A stretch of DNA of 63,185 nucleotides, the filler included, from Dugesia japonica (taxonomy: Eukaryota), in the NCBI GenBank assembly GCA_001938525.1. It is 3 parts of 3 records of this genome, joined end to end, with 100 filler letters (N's around TTAATTAATTAA, not from the genome) between each part and the next. Parts side by side here need not be neighbours in the genome. Positions count along the whole stretch, not along the records: positions 1 to 28,059 come from MQRL01613513.1; 2 more parts are not named here. One strand, given 5' to 3'. Each line of letters starts with the position of its first letter. Within the stretch, counting starts at the first letter, position 1. The notes under the pieces are model-generated. The model saw only the letters and a list, made by a program, of their open reading frames with translations, made no database searches and had not been told where the DNA came from. This document shows positions 13,016 to 27,066 of the stretch, one piece after another. The translations under genes and the position numbers were made by a program.

Positions 13016-13625
13016 ATATTAACAAATGAGATAAATAAAAAATTTAAAAATCAATACTTACGTTATCTGTTTAGCCAACGATCAAAACATTAAGTTCTAT
13101 ATGAAGAAAGTGAAGGTCATATATCACATTAACGCGAAAATCAAACCATGTTATCTTTCTTGTAAGACGAGTTGTGACTAAAAAAACTAAATGAGAGGCA
13201 AAGTAAAAAAGTTTATGTTAATTCACGTGTTTAAACATTTATCTAATCGAAATAAATCGATTTTTGTTTAGTTCACTTCCGGTTTTCGGCTCAGTTCTGT
13301 TTCGAAGCCCGATTAATACTGAAAAAGATTTGATTTACTTAAGCATTTGATAATTAATATATGAAAAAGAAGGCAATGCAGATAAGAAACAAATTTTAAT
13401 TTTTATTAAAACATGGCGTTAATCCTACTGTTTACCGCTGCAAAATGGTCTTATACAATTTTTAACAAAAAAATAGATACGGCTGTAGTTTAGACCAACT
13501 CTGGCATCGTGATGCTTATCCTGTTTATTGAATTATATTTGATTGATATTTTACTAATCGTTTTACAGTTGATATTTTATATAACTCTTTCCTAAATTTC
13601 ATTAGTAAATATTTTAATTTTACAG

Positions 13626-13842
13626 AGCCCATCAAGTTGTTGAAGATGGTTATGAATTTTTTTCGAAAAAAAAACTAGTGACAATATTTTCGGCTCCAAA
13701 TTATTGTGGAGAATTTGACAATGCCGGTTCTGTTATGTCTGTAGATGAAAATTTGTTGTGTTCCTTTCATATTCTTAAGCCAACTTTAAAAAAAAGTAAA
13801 TTCATAGAATTAATGAAATCGTCAACGGGATTATCAAAATAA
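13626..13842 (+). CDS. PP1: PP1 catalytic subunit, exon 3 (spliced total 951 nt, 316 aa)
   Basis: TTACAG acceptor; (R)[12 protein letters not shown]...[14 protein letters not shown]...[10 protein letters not shown]...TAA; phase matches exon 2. Not in the ORF track. Confidence 0.93.
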
Positions 13843-14083
13843 AAATAATATCTAGCTGAAAAATATCAGCTAAATAATAAATATTCTTAAGTCATCCTGA
13901 TTTGTATAATTTAATTCTATTATTTAACAATAACTGATCAACATTTGACCGTTAATCGATATTAACTTGTTTTGTCATGTATTTCATTCACCATCTTATT
14001 TTATGGCAATTATTGATGAAATTTTATGAAAAATTCAACAAAATAAATGTGTACCCGTCTATTGATAGAATATTGATATAAAG

Positions 14084-14518
14084 CAGAAGTCGGCAACCTA
14101 TTACGCGTGGGTCACCAAGTGACTCGTTTGATGATTTTAAGTGACCCATTTGAGTTCTGCAATAAGTATTTTATTTTTTTAATATTTGTACATATGTCTG
14201 ATTACGTGTTGCAGTACTACGACAAAACTACATATTGTTATAAGGATCAAAAATCTTAACGTCACATTGTTCTGGCAGAGTCCTGATCTGCCAACAGACG
14301 GACATTCGCCATTGTCACTTGGATAAAGATCGTAAACGCTCGATCTTGATTGCCCCACGAGAATAATTTTTTAGTTATTTAAAAAAAATAGCAAAAAAAT
14401 GAGATTTTTTAAAAATAGCAAGAATGTGAATTTGTAAATACCCAGTGACCTAAATAGTATTCTTAATAGTCACATTTTTTTACTTTGGCCCATAGCTAAA
14501 AAAGGTTGCCGACTCCTT
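14084..14518. mobile_element. hAT (Charlie-like) non-autonomous element
   Basis: TIRs CAGAAGTCGGCAACCT / AGGTTGCCGACTCCT; no coding capacity; TSD not clear. Confidence 0.65.
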
Positions 14519-14745
14519 TGTTGTGTAATATGTAATTTTATAATTTATTCATATCTATGTTATAGTTTTTATAACGAGAAAAAACCTCAGAAAAGGAATA
14601 CACTTGTCTTCATGATCTGCTTTTAGAAAGCTCATTCCTATGAGTTTAAAATAGAATAAATTATCAAAAAAATAATAAAGTGATCATTTGAAAAGTTTTG
14701 ATTCGAAAAATAATTTAATTAATGCTTGTTTGAACAATTTGCGTA

Positions 14746-15500
14746 AGTAGTGAGATATGTCCGCACTGCCGCACCCCCCCCCAGCCAGAAAAATTTTTTT
14801 CGTCAAATTTTTTTCGCGACAAAATTTTTTTGACAAAAATTTTTTTTGAAAAATTTTTTTTGAAAATTTTTTTTGAAAAATTTTTTTTGAAAATTTTTTT
14901 TGAAAAATTTTTTTGACAAATTTTTTTTCGCGACAAAATTTTTTTGACAAAAATTTTTTTTGAAAAATTTTTTTGACAAAAATTTTAAAGTTTTTTCAAA
15001 AGTATTTCTAGGTTACTGTGTGTATGCTATCGATGTTTTGAAAAGTGGAAAAGATNNNNNNNNNNNNNNNNNNNNNNNNNNNNNNNNNNNTTTTTGAAAA
15101 ATATGATCGGATCAATAAAATATTTGAATTTGAATTTAAATTTTAAAAATTTTTTTTGAGATATGGTCTTGAAACTATTACCATTAGTCTTAAAATTAAA
15201 AGTTACTTATACATTGTCTAAATTACTATGCTCGAAAAATGCTTCGTTTCGACTCCATAGATGTGTCCGCAGTGCCGCACCCCCCCCCCCAGCCAGAAAT
15301 TTTTTTTTGAAAAAAAAATTTTCTTAAAGATTTTTTCTTAACAAAAAAAATTTTCAAAAAAAATTTTGTCGCGAAAAAAAATTTTTCAAAAAAATTTTTC
15401 AAAAAAATTTTTGTCAAAAAAATTTTGTCGCGAAAAAAAATTGACGAAAAAAATTTTTCTGGTTGGGGGGGGTGCGGTAGTGCGGACATATCTCACTACT
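14746..15500. mobile_element. Non-autonomous Polinton-like mini-element (AGTAGT...ACTACT ends, 6-bp TSD)
   Basis: TIR AGTAGTGAGATATGTCCGCAC.../...GTGCGGACATATCTCACTACT extending >150 bp through A/T-run repeats; TGCGTA duplicated at 14740-14745 and 15501-15506. Confidence 0.8.
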
Positions 15501-16276
15501 TGCGTAAATAATAAAATATAAGCCGATCAATTTTTTAGATAAGTGATAAATTCATAATTAAAATGACATTTTGTTAGAACTTATAATTATAATATTAGAA
15601 ACACCTTTAATGTTAGGGTATTCACGACATCTAGTCTCGCAATTGTACGACTTTGTTGGTAGTAATTTCAGTAACAACAACTCTAAACCTCAAGAATATT
15701 ATTGTCGCACAATTGATTTTAAACTTTGAAAACTTACAATGCAAAAATATTTGGTTTATTAAGCTATCTCAAATATTCAGTTAATGGTTCGTTTAGACTC
15801 TAAAAAATTGACTTTGAACTTCAAATTAAAGTTTACCTGAACTGTAACCAATAAAAATAAAAGCGTCTCGAATATATATTGATAAGACATTATAGTAATA
15901 ACAAATTTACTTTTCCCACAATACTGAGAAGTTTAACAAAAATTCAACTCATTTGTATATTTAAAATAAAACGAAATTGATTCTTTTCTTGGATTTTCAA
16001 GTGTTAACTGATTACTTCAGTTTCACTAAATTAAAAGGATTCAATCAAAATGTTTTGTTTGTTGTTGTTAAGTCCAAAAATTATTCTCGCAATAATTATA
16101 ACTGTTTAACTGATTACTGCCGATGTTTAATAACGCACAAACACGAACAACGAATTTTATTTGTTACCAAAAATTTAGAAAATTTAAATATTCAGTCACA
16201 CACATATTCATGTTTTGTTTACATTTTAGTTTTATTTCAATTAATATATTTAAGCAATCAAATATTTTTGTTAATT

Positions 16277-16734
16277 CAGTAAGATCTCTGTAAATCTCCA
16301 CCCTTTATAATCCGCCAGGTTAACAGGCTATTCTACGTAAAAATTCTATAATTCACCAATTTCTACAATCCGCCACTATTTTTAGTAAAAAGTTACAAAA
16401 AATTGCGGGATATTGCTGAGCGGATTAATTGTGGTGAAGATACATTTACAACATCTAGAAATTTAACAGTCAAAGATGCAATAATTTACACGAATTTTGT
16501 ATGGAAAGACTTTAGAAAGGCAACAATTGTAAATTGTTTTCGTCATACTGTTTGGAAAAATACCCAGGATGCATCGTTTGAGTTTGAAAATTATAGCAAT
16601 GAGCATGTTGACGAATTTTTTTTTTTAAAAGTTAAAATTGATGATCTAGTTCTTGAAGATGAATTCTGCTTGTTAGGTTATAATCCGCCACTTCTAATCA
16701 GGTCCCATTTTGGCGATTTATAGAGACTTTACTG
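16277..16734 (+). mobile_element. Internally deleted pogo/Tigger element
   Basis: TIRs CAGTAAGATCTCTGTAAATC / GATTTATAGAGACTTTACTG-TA; ORF contains VKDAIIYTNFVWKDFRKATIVNCF (DDE_1 C-terminal motif). Confidence 0.75.
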
Positions 16735-19464
16735 TATTAATATAGTTTTTTATTAAGACAAATTTTGCGAATTAAATTTTAAAAAATTAATAAACATTTT
16801 TTTGAAAAATTATTGTATACTTGGATTATTATTTTTTTAATATTGTTGCACACTAGCAATAATAGTAATAATAATAATAATAATTATTATTATTATTATA
16901 AAAAATCAAGGACACTATATAACAGAAAGTTTTGTTAAGTGTCGATACAATGATAGTATATTAACTCAATAATGTATGCAACTGTTCTTGTTTATTATTA
17001 GTTATCAATTGTTAAGATATTCACTAATTGCAATGGGCTTATTACCAGATGGTTTTTTTAATGTTAAATTAATCACGAAGGAAGTGATCAATACAACTTG
17101 GTCCACGCTTCAACAACAATGTTACTTCATGATCAATGATTAACTGAAATTCTAAGTTAGAATTTCTAAATACTGTGAACTGTTCATTTTCTTTAATGAG
17201 TCTTACAACTATTCTAGCTGTTGTACATGTGATTGCTTTAATTTCATTTCTCTGATAAAATTCATCAAAACAACGAAAAGATCAATACGTTTTCTTGTTT
17301 TATCAAAATAGAAGCATCGAATATGATAAACTATTTTATCAAAATCTACTCGTTATTAAATGTTTGACACTAGAATAAGTTTTTTTGCTTTATGATTTAA
17401 TAATGCTGTTGGGCTGAAACAGGCCAGTTATTGAAACTTATGTCTAAATAAAAATGAACTAACAAAGAGAAGAGATATTGTCGCCAAGTACAAATGAAGT
17501 AATAAAGAAAATGGGAGTAGTAAAAGAGATGATAAAAAATTAAATACAGAAACAACTTCATTAAAATGATAAATTAAATGGAAAAAGAATTAAATTAATG
17601 AGAAACAGAATCAAATCAAAATAATTAGAATAAAGAGAATTAATAAACAATTCTCGGAAAGATAAAGAATCATTAAAAATGCTCAAGAAGATAACGAATC
17701 CGACGAATTACTCAAATGATAAATTCNNNNNNNNNNNNNNNNNNNNNNNNNNNNNNNNNNNNNNNNNNNNNNNNNNNNNNNNNNNNNNNNNNNNNNNNNN
17801 NNNNNNNNNNNNNNNNNNNNNNNNNNNNNNNNNNNNNNNNNNNNNNNNNNNNNNNNNNNNNNNNNNNNNNNNNNNNNNNNNNNNNNNNNNNNNNNNNNNN
17901 NNNNNNNNNNNNNNNNNNNNNNNNNNNNNNNNNNNNNNNNNNNNNNNNNNNNNNNNNNNNNNNNNNNNNNNNNNNNNNNNGTCAAAAGATGATAAAGGAG
18001 AAATAACGAACGAGGGCGAAATTAGAATGTGTGATATATCATTATTTATAATTAGATCTATTTTATAGAAGTATAAATATATAAAAAAGATAGTTAAAAT
18101 ATAATAAAATAATTATTTCGTGAAGTAAGATTAAAACAAAAGCCAGTTATAGTAAAAGATTTTATTAAAGTGGAATGAGTTTATGAGAGAATGATTAAGA
18201 CGTAAATTAATATTATTATTATAGTAAGAACGGTATTAAAATTATTGTAATATCGATATAAAAATTTATTTCATTATAATAAAAGTAATTGAATAATTAG
18301 AAATAATATTAGTATTATTTTAGTTAAATATTATTAATTTGGAAGAAGAAAACGGAGTTAAGAAATCAGACTTATATTTAATAAACGGAAATAGAAAGTT
18401 AAATTAATATGTCAGAGGTATATCGAATTAATTGTATTTATTCATGTAGAAATCCCATTAGTAATATAATAGCAAATTACTTAAAATTATTATTATTGTA
18501 TCATAAATATTATTAAAATTATTATTATCGAATAAATATTATTATTTAGAAAGTAGGGATTGGAATTTTCAAACAGGAGTTACAGATTATGGAAGATAAT
18601 TAAAAGTTAAATTAGAATTTCGAAAGCACATTAAATTATTTGCATTTATGTATGGTAATATTAGGTTGTAAACTAAGTTTTTGCAGTAATATATTTACAT
18701 ATTTACATATTTATATAATATTTACATATATATCTGGAAAACATGAAACTAGAAAATTATTATTATTTACGATAAATATTATTAATTTTAAAAATTTATT
18801 CGTGCCGGTCCAATGATCATGGATTTCATCGGCACCGTTGCACGTTAAAACGCGAATTATTCTACTTCACATTTCATGGTAAAATCAAATTTGTATGTAT
18901 CGAGTGAACACCGTGCATTGTATGCAAATTCTATGTGACGGGTGAGCACCGCACATTACTTGTAGAATATAATAATAATATGAATGTATCGAGAAAATCT
19001 ACTACAATCTATGATGCCGATTGAGCACCGGTCATCATACAGAACTGCCAAAATATGATGAAAATATAATCATGTCCAAATTTGGATATCGTATAAGAAT
19101 CGGCGAGTGAACATCGTTTGATTCAGTGAATTCTAAAAATTGTGAAGTGGCGGCCCACCCATTAGCTGTCAATTGTGATGAAAAATTGGATTTATAAGAA
19201 GCTCAATTTTCACAAATTAATAATCAAAATAAAATTCTCTCTGAAATTCATATTTCTAACACTTACTAACTTATTGTTAAAAGTTATAAGTTGTTTTACT
19301 TAATTACAAGGAAATCGTGAAAAGAAGTAATTTTTATTTAATTGTCATTTGATAATAAAATGAATTCATAATTTGGAAGACTGAAGGGAGGACCAGCATT
19401 GTCTAGCTGTGCTAGCGATGATGGCTGTCCTCGTTCAGATATCCACGAGATTGTTCACCATGTT

Positions 19465-19700
19465 ATAGCTTATGAACTATGTATGAAAGAAGTTGAAAGA
19501 TATTACGAACTGTGTATGAAAGAAGTTGAGAGATCTTATGAACTATGTATGAAATAAATTGAGAGATATTATGAAACAGGTTATGAAAGAAGCTGAGAGA
19601 TATTATAAAACATGTTGATGAAAGATGTTGAGAGATATTCGAAACATGCTTAGCGATATTATGATAAATGTTGGGAGAAATCATGAGAGATGTTTATGAC
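19465..19700. repeat. ~33-36-bp tandem repeat (TTATGAACTATGTATGAAAGAAGTTGAGAGATA), ~6 decaying copies
   Basis: Directly visible. Confidence 0.75.
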
Positions 19701-20433
19701 AATTTAGAATAAAAATAAATAATGTATATGAAAATTATGAGAGTGATATACGAGACCATAATTACTATATGATAATGAGAGATAAATGTTTACGAAAGGA
19801 GTATTATAGATTATGAGAGCTACGTTCACATGAACACATGATTATGAAATATGAAAGATTGAAAGAGTTTATTAATAAATATGGAAGAGTTGTAAATAAA
19901 TTTGAGTCGGTGGTGTTGTGGTTGAATCCTTTCACGTTGATTTAATTATAACGTACATTGTTACGAATATCATGTAGATTTAATGAAAATATTAATTCGG
20001 TTTATACTAATAACTAGTTATTTTATTGCTGTTGATTATAAACTATTATTATTACTTAAATTCTTGTGGATTAATAAATATAAATATGAGATTCTTTAGA
20101 TCTTATTAATGTTGATCGTAGGAGGACCATCTGACAGCTGGAGGGATATGGATCATCCAAAAACTATTGTACAGATGTTAATTAACAAGCCTAATGATGA
20201 GGATGATGACATGATAATTGATTGATGATGCCAAGAGATATGAGTTAATTAGGAGGTAGTAACGAAATGTATATGAATATCTGATAACAATCTGATGATC
20301 CACATCCATCCATGCTGACAGGTGATCGATGCCTGTAATGTCAGAAGAGAATTCGTAAATATATTTTTTCATAATAATTAGATTCAGCCGTTGTATATTA
20401 TTATTAACATGGTTCTAGTATGTTTTACTCTAG

Positions 20434-20975
20434 ATGACGACAACATTCACAAAACAAGAAGCGATGCAGACTTTGGAACCCACTGGTTATTCATTCAAGA
20501 CAAGCGCATGTAACGATATGCTACTTCTTTGGAACTCTGTCAGCACTGAAGGAACAGACAACGATCCTTGGTGGATTTCACATGTCCAACTGCGGGCTAA
20601 GAATACGGAGATAATAGAATTACGGCAGGAAATCATTCGACATGAACGCAGTTTTCAGAGCAGGTTTAGAAGATAAATAATCTCCAGATGCGAGTGAAGA
20701 AGCAGGAGCAACAACATCAGAAGCAACTGGGGGAGATGACCAAGTGGCAGCAGGGACACGAAAAAGAGTTGATCTCACTATTAATCAGGTCAACAGAACC
20801 TACCAAGCAACAACATCAGGTGATTCGGACGGTGAGAGCAACTCAGTTGGAGGCCGACGAGTACACCAAATTATCAGAACGGCTGAATAATAAAGTCAAA
20901 ACAGTACTCCAGCAAATGTTAGCGCCACTGGATAACACAAACATTACTTATTTATTCACTGTTTATAATGATTGA
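20434..20975 (+). pseudogene. Broken coiled-coil ORF of unknown function, possibly retroelement accessory
   Basis: Two adjacent GC-richer ORFs with Q/E/K/R heptad-like composition; no recognisable motif. Confidence 0.3.
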
Positions 20976-23900
20976 TAATACCAAACGATTTTGTCATGAG
21001 TATTACCAGTGATCATAAGAATGTCGAGTTAGATAATGTGAGCTTGATAAAAATTTGAATTTTGATATTAATCTAAAAATATAAATTACAAATTATACTG
21101 AAATAAATTAGAAATCATGCTACTAATTTGCTTATTATTTATAGTGTCTGAAACCAAGAGATTAACAGATAATTCAATAGCAGACATACGGGCGAAATGG
21201 TATTTGACCCATAAAAGATTAAAGACGGAAATCACCGAGTTAAAATGCAAAAACTCTTAACTCTGTGAGAAAATAAGTACATTAAAAGAACGAGATCTCG
21301 CACTATCTCAAACTTGCCGTGCTATGGCGGATATAAACAAAGCATATGCAGACAGGGAAATTGTGCTGATCGCGACTGTCCAAACATTAACTCAAGCATC
21401 CCAATTAGTGCCGGAAGTTGCCAAAACAAGATTGAAAGAAATCATCGAACTGGATGAGTAGCGGACATTGAATGTGTGTTCAACCTTGATTAAAAATAAA
21501 ATCTTTGTATACAATGCATTTTAAATTTCTGATCTTAACATGAATTAAAACTGATGGATTTTTAAAAGGAAACGAGAGCCGGATAGAAAAGAAATTGAAC
21601 TTAAGATGGGATACAGCATAGTCCCGCTGAATCCGGGAAAAGGGGGATCGTGTTACTAGAGACTGTGACACAAATTTCTGTGGTTGCTAGGTGTCATCCC
21701 CCAGACAGTACAGATAATCGAAAGAGAAAGCAGTTATGATTAAGAGAATGAAATTAAAAGCAATAAAATCGAATATTAAAACAACATCAAAAAGCCTAGC
21801 AACTTAACAATGCTATAGCGATAGACCACAATGAATACTATTGGGTGTTTTCTAACAATAAGCTCGAATATGTTAAAGTACGTGACTTTGAATGATTTAT
21901 CTGACTCCACTGATCAGATAAAGTTCCGTCTTGCAGAAAAAGAATTAATTTAAACAAACAAATTGTTCGAATAGGTTTTATTAAAACTGACGCCAAATAC
22001 ACAATAATTTTTATGGGCAAAATGTTGAAAATTTTTACAAAAATTCAAATCGTCTATATAATCCATCATGCACACACAACTCAATTACACAAAGAGAAAC
22101 CAATAAAATTTATCAANAAATAAAAACTGTCAAGATGATTTTTACAATCTAACATCAACCAATGAAAATGTTTTAGCCATACTGATCTCCAATTGCTCGC
22201 ACATCAATGTTTCTATTTTTCATTACCAGGGGAAGACACCGGATCGAGTCGGTAAAATTTTATAATAATTCTATATTTTAATAAAATTGTCAAAGACTCT
22301 CGTTATACCTTATTTACTATGTTTAATGTATTTTAATTAATAATCTCATTTGAATTTAATCCTTTAAACTTTCACAACATGTAATTTCTACATTATCATT
22401 TATTAGAATGATTTCACATCATTTGAAATGATTTGTGGTTTGTACTTTGATTCATACAACATATTTATTTTCTTTCATTATTTTATAAATTTTTTAGATT
22501 TACAAGTTACTCAGTTTTACTTGGGTATTTTGCCCACTTTATATTGATTCTGATTCATAACGATGATTGAACTCAATGTTGTTCATTATTTCATAATCTA
22601 TTAAATACTGGTTTACACATCTTTACATCATTTAACATTTCACCATCATAAATTATTAACCGGGATATTTAAAATTCATTATCCAATTTATTTCTTTTTA
22701 ATAAATTTATTTTGGTTTTCTTTTTATATTAATATACATATTTACATTGTTATCTAAACTTGTAAATACCATTTAACGATATTGTTTGAGCATTTATAAC
22801 AGTTACATGATATGTAATTTTATTACTAATTTAATTTTTATTTCCTATTTATCATTTCTACTTCCTAGTACGACTATTTATATCTGATTTATTTTTTCAT
22901 TTGATCTATGGATATCTTTATATCCATAGTTATTTATATTATCATTAAATGCATGTATATATAAAATATAACTTAATTGCCATAATTAAAATAAAACTTT
23001 TATTTCGTTTAAAATTTCCATTCAAAATTTTGATCGGTTCAACTAATTTTATTAACCTAATTTGACATTTTAATTTCCATTTTTGGGTTCGGGGGTTTGT
23101 CCTTTCCTTTTCTGTTCATCAAAAAAGTTTCTGAGTTGTTAAGATTTTAATATCCCTGTCTAATTTGGTTAATGAATTTTGCTTTCTTATCACAATCCAT
23201 GCCCATCATTCTCCTAGCAAAAATGGTATAAATATTCTCATTATTTTCATTTTTCCTCTTGGCGGGTGCCATGCTCGCCAACATTTGAGGTAATATTTTA
23301 TCATTTTGTATATAANNNNNNNNNNNNNNNNNNNNNNNNNNNNNNNNNNNNNNNNNNNNNNNNNNNNNNNNNNNNNNNNNNNNNNNNNNNNNNNNNNNNN
23401 NNNNNNNNNNNNNNNNNNNTACTTTGATTAATTTTAATGATTTAATTTTTAAAATTTTATTTTTATGACTTATTCCCAAGATTTTAACAAATTTCAAGTT
23501 TTATATTTATTGACATATTATTACTACAATACTTACCCGAATTTGTGTGAAATTATCAAAAATCTGCAGAAGTAAAACGTCAAATGACCGTACTGATTGA
23601 AAAGTAGGAGCTTTTTTTCTTAAAATTAAATGAAAATCGTGAATTTTTGAATGCATGGCTTATTTTGGCATCACCGAATTTCAAAAATATAAATTGCATC
23701 AAGCATGCATCTTACTTACTGTTTAGCAATTAGATCAATTCACCACGGCTAAAGTTATTGATAAAGCAGTAAGTTCTGACATTTTTAAACCTATAACTTA
23801 ACCAAAATCATTTGAAATTTTATCTCAATGCATTATTCACAGTGCTTTTGATTGATTAAATCGAAATTACTCATGTATGGTTGATGGAGAAAGCGCATGA

Positions 23901-24359
23901 AAAATTTCATAAAAATTATCAAATGATCAAAGATACAAACAAGCTGGCATGTTAACTTTATAAATCATTGGATCAATCGCTACAATTCAAAATTCACAAG
24001 TAGAATTGTTCTTATAACAAATATTGTCTTTTTCACTACAATTTTGAAGTTTTTTTGAAGCAATTTTTTAGATCTATAAACAAATTTTTAAACTATGCAA
24101 TCATGCCTACATAGGAATGCATGTAGAACCCGCCATTTGCAGTATGATAAATTCGGTTACATTACAAATTAATTATTATTAGTTAAATTATTAAAAATGG
24201 AAAATACAAAAATTACATAAAAAATTATTAATTAAAAAATGTGTCAATTTGTTATGTGTTGAATTGTCTGGTCACCATTGATATTAATTCAATTATAGAG
24301 TTTTTAGTTTAAATTTTTTTTTTTAATTGATAAATATTTTTTTTTAATTGATAAATATT

Positions 24360-24897
24360 TTTTTAATTGATAAATATTTTTTTTAATTAATGATTATTTT
24401 CAAAATATAAATACACTGACTTTTAAACAGATGAAACAATAATATATAAATAATAACAATAAACATCAAATAAAACATTAAAAACAATTTTATTCTTCAA
24501 ATACATTTACACCTCCTAAGCATTTTATGTTGTTATTGGTAACATGCTATTCATAGTTTTCGAATTGTTCAGTTGTTAAAATAGTATTAAAATTATTAAT
24601 TATTCTTTCTGCCTACAAACAATAACCGTTTTGTTTCTTGATTTAATTCCCGGTGTTATTTCAATTGCTTTTTCCCCTTTTCTGACCTCCCCTAATATCT
24701 TCTCATTGTAACTTGGAATCTTTTTTCATCAGAAAACAAGATTATTCGTCTTTCATTTGTTTTTTCAAGAAACCAACTACAATAGCTTATTATTTAATCA
24801 GCTATATGTTTATTGTTATTATTTATATGTTATTGTTTTATCTGCTTAAAATTCAGTGTATTTATATTTTGAAAATATTCATTAATTAAAAAAAATA
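24360..24897. repeat. Imperfect ~75-bp inverted repeats ~400 bp apart (MITE-like)
   Basis: TTTTCAAAATATAAATACACTGA..AAACAATAA versus TTATTGTTT..TCAGTGTATTTATATTTTGAAAA. Confidence 0.6.
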
Positions 24898-25059
24898 TTA
24901 AAATAAAAACTCGATAATAATTTATTATGATAAACAAAAAAAATAACAAATTCAAATAATAATTTAATGAATTAAAATGAAAATGAACATGTATAAGAAA
25001 CTCCAGTTTTTTCATGATATTAAATTATCAATATTTAGTTTTTTTTTAATTCGTTGAAA

Positions 25060-25480
25060 TGGCCCATACATTTAGATACATTTAACAAATTTTTATTATT
25101 TCATCTGCAAATGTTTCAAAATCGAGTCTTGTTCTTGTTTAGGTTTTAAATTTTTCTGAAGTTAAAGAAACTCTTTCTGTTACTGTTGATGTTGGTTTAG
25201 TTATAAGCAGTACGTCAAATAAAGTTTTTAAACTTACTGACCTCTGCTTAATGTTACTTAATAATTATTTTCAATTAACGTGCTATTGGCTTTAATAATT
25301 GAAGAAATTTCATCTTGTAGTTGTTTGTGTAACAATTATGTTCCATTTAATTAGGTTGTGTTGGCATCATATTCTGAAACACATACAGGTTCTTCGTTCG
25401 AAACGCTTTTATAAGTGGTGTTTGCATGTGCATATTCTTTCCATTATTCTGACTGCTAAATTAATTGCGGTAATTTTACA
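25060..25480 (-). mobile_element. hAT transposase C-terminal remnant
   Basis: Minus strand LKTLFDVLLITKPTSTVTERV...RTRL resembles the hAT dimerisation motif. Confidence 0.5.
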
Positions 25481-25869
25481 TGAATATTCAAATTAATTAT
25501 CGGATTCCGCAATAATTCATATTTCTAAAAAGGTAAAAAAAAGAGTATTATCACTACGTTTATTCATACATTTTTTAACTGTTACAAATTTGGAATCAAT
25601 CTCTTCCATTTTATCAAATAAAAATTATACAAGCTTTCGGCAGTTAAGTGTGGCTGAATTCTTACTTAACTCTTACACAGCCACTTGAATAGGAGATAAA
25701 CAGCATAAAACATACAGTAAAATTAACATATGATGATCCGAAATTATTTTCAGGTCCAATTCTTCCAAAGTTTTGTTGATAAATTCTTATTTTAAGAAAA
25801 CATATTCCCATAGTAACTAGCGAGTTCATCTTGTTTTTTTATCTAATAATAATTTTAAGGATTTACCTT

Positions 25870-26550
25870 GTTTTATAATAATTTTTAAATTATTGTTATA
25901 AAAAATTATAAAATATAATAAGTATATAATAATTTTCCAAAAATTGTTTTATAAAATTTATTTTATTTAATTTTTAAAATTTGTATTAATAAAAAAATTT
26001 TATATTGTAAATGTATAGAAAAAAATTATAATAAAAATATAAAAGGATATAATAATTATTCAAAAGATGTTTTTTAAAAATTGTTAGATTTAATTCTTAA
26101 GATATGAATTAATAAAAATTTTTAAATTATTTTTAACCAAATTTTAGGAATTAAAATTAAAAAATATAAAAAACTAAAGCGTTAAAAAATTTATAAAATA
26201 TATGAGCGTATAAAAATTTTTCAAAAATGGTTTATAAAATTTATTTTATTTAATTTTTAAAATTTGTATTAATAAAAAGATTTTATATTGTAAATATATA
26301 GAAAAAAATTTTAACAAAAATATAAAAGTATATCATAATTATTAAAAAGATGTTTTCTTAAATTATTTTTAATTTNTTGTTAACCAATTTTAAGAAATAA
26401 AATTTAAAAATATACTAAATCGTTTTCTGAAAAATTATTTTGTTAATTTATGGAAAAAAATTATAAAATATATAAAATATATAAATGGTTTAAAAAAGGT
26501 CTTATTTAATTTTTAAAATTTATATTAATAAAAATTTTTATATTAATGTT
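25870..26550. repeat. AT-rich tandem repeat, ~285-bp unit, 2-3 copies
   Basis: ATAAAATTTATTTTATTTAATTTTTAAAATTTGTATTAATAAAAA recurs at ~25951 and ~26234, partially at ~26505. Confidence 0.65.
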
Positions 26551-26814
26551 ATCAAAAATATTTGATTGTTTAAAATGTGGTATTTAAAATAAATGGTGAA
26601 AAAAGTGAATTTAAAAATTTTTAATATGAGTAATATTTCCAAATTTTCTTAATTAACATTTAAAATTAATATTAGTATTTTTTTAATAAACATATTTAGT
26701 TATAATAGTTATTATTCAAAAAATTTAAGATTTTTTCCTTTAAAAATTGTAATTATTTTATTTATTTAATATTTTAATATTTTCCAATAAATTATAAATA
26801 TTTTAAAACTAAAA

Positions 26815-27066
26815 TAATTAAATATTTTAAAAATTACGAAAATAAACTTAAAATAACAAAAACTTTTCAAAAAACGTTTTTTATTATTTTTTCCAAATTT
26901 TCGACAATTCCTGAAGAAGATAAATTCGAAAATTTGGAAAAAATAAAAAACGTTTTTTGAAAAAGTTTTTGTTATTTTAATAAAAAAATTTAAAAAGAAA
27001 TATTTTTTTGAAACTTTTTTGATTTACGCCTAAGTTTATTTTCGTAATTTTGAAAATATTTAATTT
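26815..27066. repeat. Long imperfect palindrome
   Basis: AAATAACAAAAACTTTTCAAAAAACG..TTCCAAATTTTCGA mirrored by TCGAAAATTTGGAA..CGTTTTTTGAAAAAGTTTTTGTTATTT; outer arms TTACGAAAATAAACTTA / TAAGTTTATTTTCGTAA. Confidence 0.75.

Larger units (their letters stand above)
17460..21720 (+). mobile_element. Possible 3' part of a large LTR retroelement (integrase tail, long 3' region, PPT + LTR start)
   Basis: Degenerate ..LKKITNPTNY (GPY/F-like tail) near 17680; GGGAAAAGGGGGATCG-TGTTAC at ~21634-21655. Confidence 0.35.

Noticed and set aside
14684-15489. KKFF-rich ORFs
   Set aside because: Translations of A/T runs within the mini-element TIRs.
17679-18068. ORFs spanning the N gap
   Set aside because: Length is due to Ns; too little real sequence to call a gene.
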